The notes under the pieces were generated by a model. That model did no database searches. It had not been told where the DNA came from and was given only the letters and a program-made list of their open reading frames with translations. Below are positions 55,147 through 64,000 of a stretch of DNA of 64,000 nt, one piece after another. A program made the position numbers and the translations under genes. Each line of letters begins with the position of its first letter. Position 1 is the stretch's first letter. Source of the stretch: Octopus sinensis (lineage: Eukaryota); the NCBI RefSeq assembly GCF_006345805.1, contig NC_043009.1:51398001-51462000 (forward strand). The letters are read 5' to 3'.

Positions 55147-55169
55147 TTGTCCACTCAGTGACTACATAT

Positions 55170-55530
55170 TTCCTTGCAACCGGCGGAAGGGAAAATTCAT
55201 CGGGAATTTCTATACTCCTGTAAATCAGGATTTCACTTATGAATGACCATTATCCCTGCATCATCGATAAGCTGGAACTTGCACCGCATAACCACCATTC
55301 TTTGAAGAAATGGAATAGACTACAGCAGGTGTTCCATCTCTCTCTAATTTAAGGGAATGCTGTTTATATCGCGAAACTTCCTGGATGTTTTTCTACGTGG
55401 TAACAGCTTCCAACTGTTCGATGCTCTGTAGTAAATACAACCTGTTAACTTCAGAAAGAGGAGCAGTGTAGTAAGCCACACAAATATTTCGACCAATGCT
55501 TCATAGTATTGCTATCCTAGATAATTGCAG
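55170..55530 (-). mobile_element. Decayed CR1/L2-like RT C-terminal fragment
   Basis: Minus strand YY.ALV.....YYTAPLSEVNRLYLLQSIEQLEAVTT...EVSRY...LKLERD loosely follows Y..LVRP.LEY...W.P.....I..LE.VQ.......Y.ERL. Confidence 0.35.
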
Positions 55531-55759
55531 TTCCTGATTTTCATTGGCACATAACCATTTTTCTGAATGTAGATCTGTCTCCGACCTCAAATTCTGGGTC
55601 GCACTTCATTTCTCGTTATTTTAGTTTATTCGGGTGCGGATGGCCTAGTGAAAACGCAATCTTTCTATGATATTGATGTACATAAGAAAGAGGAGGGTAG
55701 TCTCCTGACGGACCGTTTCAAGGTAAGCTGACTGCACCTCAATAAAACTTATGTATCTT

Positions 55760-56160
55760 CCTTTCTATCTTTCTGTATACACGTCTGTACTACTATAAGT
55801 CGCAGACCGAGGATACATATTAATTTCCTTTTCAACAATGCTCCAAATATAATAGTCCATGGGATTTAATCTGGCAAGATTCGAGGCCACATGTTTAGTG
55901 GAACATGACCGAAAATAATATCTCAGATTTATTTCTGGATTACGTGAACTTTCTAAAAGAATGCTGAGTTTTGTTGAAGCATTCATGGCCTTCCACTGCA
56001 TGATTCATCCATCCAGGTATTAACAGATGTCTCTAGCGACGCAACATATCCAGTAGTATTAATTCTAACACTGTATTAAGAAGCGTGACATTACTTTCTG
56101 TATTCATACTTCTAAATCCTTCGTAGATGCAGGAAACATAGTGCACATCGCATTTTTAAT
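55760..56160 (-). mobile_element. maT (DD37D)-like transposase fragment
   Basis: TMFPAS...; LRINTTGYVASLETSVNTWMDESCSGRP*MLQQNSA; LNPMDYYIWSIVEKEIN. Confidence 0.65.
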
Positions 56161-56224
56161 TGTTTTAAAGCGAGTAATATACTGAAAATTAAGTATCCTC
56201 ATATGACCCTCCCGCAATTTGTAT

Positions 56225-56257
<33 letters not shown>

Positions 56258-56410
56258 CATACAAACAAACTTATTAATTGCGGTTTAAAATAAATAAAAT
56301 TAGAAATTAAAACAAGAACAATATACAAATAACTAAAATAAATAATATAATTGACTGAATATAATATACATGCATGTGTATATTATATATATATGTATAT
56401 ATATATATAT

Positions 56411-56452
<42 letters not shown>

Positions 56453-57559
56453 GTGTATATGTGTGTGTGTGTGTGAGTGTGCATATATATATACATACAT
56501 ATGTACGTAGGTACAAATGAATGTGTAACTGTATATATATGTATATATATATACATATATATATAAATATTAAGAGTGTGTAATACGCTCACAGCGTTAT
56601 TAATTCTAGTCTAAAATTCCAAACTTAAATATGAAGAGAAAAGGGAAAGCGAGGAAGAAAAAGATAATAAAGAAATTAATAAACTAGAAAATATAAAAAC
56701 CAAATAAAACGGAAATGAACTTCTTTATTGTTTAAAAGCCAGATAAATTACCCACAAATAAACACATATGTATGCCAGCACGTGCGTGCATATATATATA
56801 TATATATACATACATGCATATATGCGTGTGTGTGTGTGTGTAGGCATGTAATGTATATATGGATATAAATACGCACACACGTACGTACACACGCTAACAT
56901 GTGTGTGACAAAGAAGTGCCGTGTGTGTTTTATTACTGATGTCATAGTTGGTGTTAAATATTGCCCAATGGCGCCCTCAGCTCCATCATCCCTGCTGGTG
57001 ACACCCGCAACATTTCACAGCTCATTCATAATGCCGTCATTGACAGAGCTGAATGCGACACAATATACGACCTTGTCATGTGTCATCAAGAGACAGTAGT
57101 TGTTTTGTTAATGAGTTCGTTTTTGATCCCCCCCCCACACACACACATGTCATTTGCTAATTAGTATTTATATTACGTTTGAGAATCAAGTTTCAGTTTG
57201 TGTTTCTGTTCTGTGAACATGTGTGTTACTGTATGCATGCGCGTGTACCTCTCCTGTTCTTTTTGTTTTTCATTGTCGAACAAACGATATAAATATCTAT
57301 GTAGACACACATACACATTCATTCACGCACGCATATACACACTGACATGCACATTTGTGTGTAGAGTGTTATTAAAAGTGGGTAGTGTTCAATTATTATG
57401 TAAAGTACTTCTCCATATCACTGTAACTATGTTTATATATATATATACATACATATATATACATATACATACATACAGACATATACATACATACATACAT
57501 ACATACCCCCCCCCACCCACACACATATATATATATAATATATATATATATAACACATA

Positions 57560-57590
<31 letters not shown>

Positions 57591-57622
57591 CATATGAGAG
57601 AGAACAAAGTGTACGTACGCTG

Positions 57623-57686
<64 letters not shown>

Positions 57687-57687
57687 G

Positions 57688-57764
<77 letters not shown>

Positions 57765-57863
57765 CAACAATTGAGGGTAAAATTAATTAATTATTAATCA
57801 ATTCACCAAGTATTCAGTATGTAAAGGGACCATTTTAGGCGAATTCAAAATATTACGTTATAT

Positions 57864-58219
57864 ATAAGGGCTTAGTAAAATAAATTACTTTGCCACATAC
57901 TGAACTCATTAGAAATAGCAGCTAAAGAAATTTCTTTAGCTATTTCTAATACTTAAAGAAGATCTCTCTCAGATAGTGTTTGCTCAAACCAACTCACAAA
58001 GGTATGGGGGAAAAAACATTAAAAAATCAAGTGCAAACCTTTGCACTTGATTTTTAATTTTTTAATGTTTTTTCCCCCATACCTTTGTGAGTGGTTTGAG
58101 CAAATACTATCTGAGAGAGATCTTCTTTAAGTATTAGAAATAGCTAAAGAAATTTCTTTAGCTGCTATTTCTAATGAGTTCAGTATGTGGCAAAGTAATT
58201 TATTTTACTAAGCCCTTAT
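57864..58219. repeat. Near-perfect palindrome (arms ~175 bp, 2-nt loop) inside a (TA)n-flanked element starting at ~57761
   Basis: ...aatcaagtgcaaa cc tttgcacttgatt... (centre 58038-58039). Each arm contains the nested 22-bp palindrome agctaaagaaatttctttagct. Confidence 0.9.
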
Positions 58220-58283
<64 letters not shown>

Positions 58284-58324
58284 CGGCGTAAGTTAGATAG
58301 ATATACTCCCTAATATTATTATAT

Positions 58325-58630
58325 ATATTATATATATAAAATACAAAATGGGACAAGAACGCAAAACATGCGGACAGCTAAGTGATACAAAAAGGGATAA
58401 CAAAACATCCAGATAGACGATACAAAAAAAACAACAAACAAAGCAAAGACGGGTCATTCGAAGCTTTCTATCTTCAGTCAAGAAACGGATTATCCTCGCA
58501 ATTTCGGTGTGATTAATCTTGAGATTGCTCCAATCTGGCCAGCCCCAAGGAAAAAAAAACTAAGCTAAGAGCATTAGATTCTTTGGAAGAAAGTATCGAA
58601 TGTGTACGAAAGCAAGAACGGAAAAACAGA
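58325..58630 (-). mobile_element. PLE-terminus-like element, family C
   Basis: Reverse complement of the 5310-5565 element (ttccaaagaatctaatgctcttagctta...gactgaagatagaaagcttcgaatgacccgtc); abuts (TA)n. Confidence 0.6.
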
Positions 58631-59098
58631 CGAGAGAGAGAGAGAGAGGAGAGAGAGAGAGGGGAGAGAGAGGGAGGGAGGGAGTGAACAGACTGACTGA
58701 TAGGTGGGTCGGAAGATAACTGAGCACAGATTGCTTACACTGCATGAAGAATGAAGAAAAAAGTTATCAAGCATATTGAACACAAGTGGATAATGCAGTG
58801 CAGAGTTCAAATGACACTGACGTAAACGAAATATGTGCCAGATCCTACTAAGTATCACCTTGAGTAAATCTATTAAAGAAATTCTAAAATATGTTTCCTT
58901 CTTATTAGAACCATGAAATAATGAATTCGTCAAATATATAGTGTCATACAACACAGAATTCTTTAATTAAGTAAATTAAGTAAATTAAATTAAGGTGGGA
59001 TCTTGCAGAGTGAGTTAGATCACCGGAAAATACATCTTGGTACCTTTATTTACATTATTTACATTTGACGGATATTTGTCCTCATCCTGTTTGTTGTT

Positions 59099-59148
59099 AA
59101 CACAACGTTTCGGCTGATATACCCTCCAGGGCTATCATCAGGTGTCTT
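59099..59148 (-). ncRNA. Minimal type I hammerhead motif, family A (helix II degenerate)
   Basis: aagacac CUGAUGA uagcccuggaggguauaucagcc GAAA CG U U guguu: helix I gacac/guguu, palindromic AACGUU helix III, GUU triplet; only CUG/CAG of helix II pairs. Confidence 0.55.
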
Positions 59149-59204
59149 GGGGAAATTTCGAACCTGGGTTCTAATTCCTAAGGTATTTTTGAGTACGTTC
59201 ATGA

Positions 59205-59339
59205 AGGAGCACCACCTTGAAGGAGTTTCAGTCGAACAAATTGACCGCACGACTTATAATTTTAAGCCTAATACTTATTTTATCGGTCCTTTTTGCCGAT
59301 CCGCTACGTTACGGGGATGTAAACACATGAACAGCGGTT
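59205..59339 (-). mobile_element. S1 tail remnant
   Basis: tacttattttatcggtcctttttgccgatccgctacgttacggggatgtaaacac. Confidence 0.6.
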
Positions 59340-60134
59340 GTCATTCATCGACACCTTTGCGCCATCGGAAATGTTAGCAACTTGGGACAATGGGTTCCTC
59401 ACAAACTTTCCTTGTCTAATCACGCGCAGAGGGTGAATGTGTGCTCTTCTTTGTTGTCACATCTCACGAATGAACCGTTTTGGGACGGAATAGTGACTGA
59501 TGAGAAAGGCGTTCTCTATAAACATTTCAAGCTCCGAAGACAGTAGGAAGGGAAAGGAAAAACATCAACACTCCGGTTTAAAGAAGTTCTTCACCCACGT
59601 GAGGTGTTATCTGCTTGGTGGGATATGAAAGATTTCGTCCACTTAGAACTTTGAAACCCAAACCAAACGATTACAAAAGGAATCTAGTGCAAGCAGCTTC
59701 AGCGGCTTAAGTCCGCGCTAGAAGTAAAACGACCATCTTTCGTTTCAAGACAAAAGGTGTTCTTCCATCAGGATAATGCCCGGTCACATACAGCGAGGAT
59801 GATATTCCAAAGGCTGGAGCATTTTGAATGGGAAACGATGCCCCACCCACCATATTCGCCGGACATTGCCTCATCTGATTTATTCCACAGTCTTCAAAAA
59901 GAAATGGATTGAAAATATATGAATTCTGTGGACGAGGTCAGAACAGTACTGGAGAAGTATTTCTCGTCACGGACAAGTGAATTTTGGAAGAGGGGCCTTG
60001 CAAATATACCAGATAGATGGAAGAGCATTTTAGAAAATGAAGGACAGTATATATTACATTAAAAAAAAACAACTTTGTCTTAAGTTTGAAAAATAAGAGA
60101 AGTATAAAAAACAACTTTATTGTATGACCCAATA
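59340..60134 (+). mobile_element. 5'-truncated mariner transposon (frameshifted DD34D transposase) with right TIR
   Basis: VIHRHLCAIGNVSNLGQWVPHKLS; FFHQDNARSHTARMIFQRLEHFEWETMPHPPYSPDIASSDLFHSLQ; ends actttattgtatgacccaata followed by TA. Confidence 0.9.
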
Positions 60135-60674
60135 TATATACATATACAGATTAGAAGATTTTTGAATTCATCTGCTTGTAGTATTGTATCGTTTAATCGC
60201 ACTTCGGCCCTGCTTCCACTGCTCTATGATCAACAATTTCACATAGACTTCTTCCGAATTTACATAAATAGGCATAATGTATTTTTGAGGATAATATTTG
60301 ATGTGCCTTTCTTTTTGAAAAACAGTAGTTTGTGACGTAAGATCGATATGGCTATTATTTCCAGCAACTGAAATCACATGTACGAACAGTAAAATATATT
60401 TCATGAGATGGAGATGAGCGTGTTGACAGTACGACGTATTAATGGTTTTACACACACACGCAGACACACACAAACACACACAGACACAAATACACATCAA
60501 CAAACACACACACGTCCAGGGTCAAGGACGTAGTCTTGATAGGTGTATAAGGGCACGCATTTCTTTGTACACACATCCACAGGGTGATACGCTCGCAAGC
60601 TTGTACACGCGGATATACACAAACATAATATAAAATAGCATACATTATACAATTCGGTAAATCGTAAACGGGAT

Positions 60675-60726
<52 letters not shown>

Positions 60727-61103
60727 CAATTCAAACATAATTAGATAGATGGAGGAAAACATGAAACAGTAGAGAGACCAAAAGACACGATTCAAGGCAA
60801 CACAAGAAAAATTGTTTGCAAGCGTAAGTATGAATGTAGTCTATCTATATGTATATGTGTATATAAGGTCATGTGTGCGAGTATGTATGTATATATATAT
60901 GTATACGCACATATATATATACATACACATATAATATATGTTATATATGTTTATATGTATATATGTTATATATATTTATGTATATATGTTATGTATGTAT
61001 ATATGTATGCATATACATGTATATATATATACACTTACACATACACACTTATGTGCATATATGTGTTAATATGAGTATGTATATATATGTATATACATGG
61101 ATG

Positions 61104-61168
<65 letters not shown>

Positions 61169-61696
61169 GCGTGTATGTGCGTGTATGTATGCATATATGT
61201 ATGTGTATATGTATATACATGCAGACACGCACACGCACGCACATATATATATACTTATATAGACATACATATATACGTTATATGTTCCTACAAGTCTGTG
61301 TGTGTGTGTGTGTGTGTGTGTATGCCTCTGTGTGTATATATGTGCTCGTGTGTGTGTGTGCGTGTGTGTGTGCTCGTGTGTAAGTGTTTTGTTTATATGT
61401 GTATGTGTGTGTATGTGTTTGTATGTGTGTGTGTTTGTGTATCTTCATAGTGCAAGAAAGAGTATGAGAGAAAATGAGATAAATAGAAAGATAGATTCGG
61501 GGTAATTTTTCTTGCAAACAGGAAACCTAATCAACGTAGTGAGGAAAGAAGCACCTAAATTACCATTTCAAAGAATGCCAACATTTCCTGAAACTTAACT
61601 CTCCTATGTCCGGACATCGGTTGCGATGAAAGCACCTTAATTCTCTTGTTTGTCTTGCACAAAATGCCTTTCTACGCTAGAATGGGAATGAACTTA

Positions 61697-62280
61697 CGTA
61701 TGTATGTATGTATGTATGTATGTATGTATGTATGTATGTATGTATGTATGTATGTATGTATGTATGTATGAGTGTATGTATGAGTGTATGTATGTATGTA
61801 TGTATGTATGTATGTCTGATTAACTGTATGTATTCATGCATGTATGTATGTATGTAGGCATGCATGTACGTATGTATTATGTATGTATGTATGTATGTAT
61901 GTATGTATGAATGTATGTATGTGTGTATGTATGAGTGTATGTATGTATATATGCATGTATGTCTTATTATACGTATGTATTCAAGCATGTATGTATGTAT
62001 GTATGTCTGATTATACGTATGTATTCAAGCTTGTATGTATGTATGATTGTATGTAGGCATGCATGTACGTATGTATTTATGTATGTATGTACGTACGTAC
62101 GTATGTATATATGTATGTATGAATGTATGTATGTATGCATGTATATATGTATATATGTATGTATGTATATATGTATGTATGTATGCATGTATGTGTGTAT
62201 GCATGTATGTATGTATGTATATATGTATGCATGTATGTATGTATATATGTATGTATGTATGATGTATGTATGTATGTTCA
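61697..62280. repeat. Degenerate (ATGT)n tract with ~47-bp internal duplications
   Basis: Direct reading; ttatacgtatgtattcaagc occurs twice. Confidence 0.85.
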
Positions 62281-63013
62281 AACATTAAACATACACACAA
62301 ACTGTCAGACCGGCTCACACACATCTATACACACATCTATACACACATCTATACACATACAGACACGCACAAATATACACACTTAGTTATATTTATATAC
62401 ATAGTAATTGTTTCTGTCATTGCACTGAAATATATTTTAGGTTTGTTTATCGGCACACTAAGATAAAGTTTCCTCAAAGAACGGTCCCAGGTTCCAGCCA
62501 CACTGTACGTTTATCTAATCTGTCTACCCCTTTCGTAAAAATGAACCATACCTTCAACTTCAGCAAACACGTGTATATTAAGTAAGTGTCCGGAGAATTC
62601 ATGGTACGCCATTCTTTCAAAATTAGCAAGACTCGAACCAGATATGCCGTTTCTGTCAAGCAGTGGCATTACCTAAGATGAGGCTCCCATATGCAAAACG
62701 TATCAAACTCAACTCCTATAAATTGCAACCTGGTAATTTTATACATTGAAAGGACTTGATAAATAAATACAGATCGATATAAACTATGTTCTGGTTCGAA
62801 ACTATTTTAATCATGAATCAAGGATGACTGAGGGCTAAGAAAAAAAGAATATGTGTATCAGAGACGTGTAGACGCATGTTCACGTGCGCACCCAGACAAA
62901 TATGCAAGAAGGGGAGAAAAAAAGTGTAACAGAGAAGAAAAGAGAAAGTAGAATGGACTCCGCTACCAACTTATACGCAATAAGTTGATTTCTACTGAAT
63001 AGAAAACACTTAG

Positions 63014-63275
<262 letters not shown>

Positions 63276-64000
63276 TCTGTTTGTCTGCTTCCGTCTATGT
63301 GTGTGTGTTTGTGTGTGTGTGTATGTATGTATATGTGTATGTATGTATGTATGTATGTATGTATGTATGATTTATGTATATATGTATTGTTAGACTTAGA
63401 TATTTTGATAAGTTTCGGCAAGAATTGGCCCAGGCCAAGACTAACTTAATAGCACCACCTGGAAAAGACATTTAATGATGTTTCGTATTACAGGCATTTT
63501 TGGCCACCATTGCTCATTGAAATGAAGAGGTATTGTTCGCAGAAATACATACGGGTGGAGAGAGTGAGAGAGAGAGAGAGAGAGAGAGTGAGAGGGAAGA
63601 AAGAAAGAGAGAGAGGGAGAGAGATGTCCGTTTCTCTTTCTGTCTCTCTCGATCTATATGCACAAACACACATTCACACGATTACAAGCATTTATACACG
63701 CATCCATTACACAATGTATGCAAATACACACATACACATGCACACACGCACACATACTTCAGTACTTCAAAGGGCATCGTCCACTTCAACTTCACGCAGG
63801 CATTCACACGCACATATACACCCACATCCACACAATACATATAGTCAAGTACACACCACACACACATATATTCAGCCACGCCAACATTTCTCATATCTAA
63901 CTCCTTATTTATCTTCTTGTATCACAGACACAGTTTAACGTACATACATATATACACACCTATGTAGACACGTATGTACACACATATGCTCTCAGACATA

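Noticed and set aside
58105-58150. ctgagagagatc...tagaaatagcta as a hammerhead relic in the 58-kb palindrome
   Set aside because: The core lacks a base (CTGA-GA) and there is no U16.1 or cleavage triplet; too degenerate to call.

Overview
AT-rich, microsatellite-saturated eukaryotic DNA. The SINE families present look like those of coleoid cephalopods, most likely Octopus; this is recognised from memory and not database-checked. No host protein-coding gene can be supported, and almost every ORF in the supplied track is a translation of (TA)n/(CA)n/(ATGT)n/(ATCT)n repeats. The window is intergenic or intronic. It holds about 25 tRNA-derived SINE copies from four head families (my labels S1-S4), decayed Tc1/mariner/maT transposons, fragments of CR1, RTE, R4/Dong-like and Hero-like LINEs, and many Penelope-like element (PLE) relics. 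The most interesting signal is a set of short, unrelated elements anchored in (TA)n tracts that carry hammerhead-ribozyme (HHR) motifs. The best has a fully canonical core (CUGAAGA...GAAA, GUA cleavage triplet) and sits in both arms of a 0.5-kb fold-back hairpin at 27.8-28.3 kb. Other structures: a TSD-bounded 7 x 184-bp SINE array with a 3-mer higher-order repeat (47.8-49.1 kb), a phased A4T4 fold-back minisatellite (50.8-51.6 kb), two further long inverted repeats, a ~1.37-kb tandem duplication, and one high-complexity 138-aa ORF (2521-2937) best explained as a LINE ORF1 remnant. Coordinates were read by eye, so element ends may be off by a few to about 20 bp.
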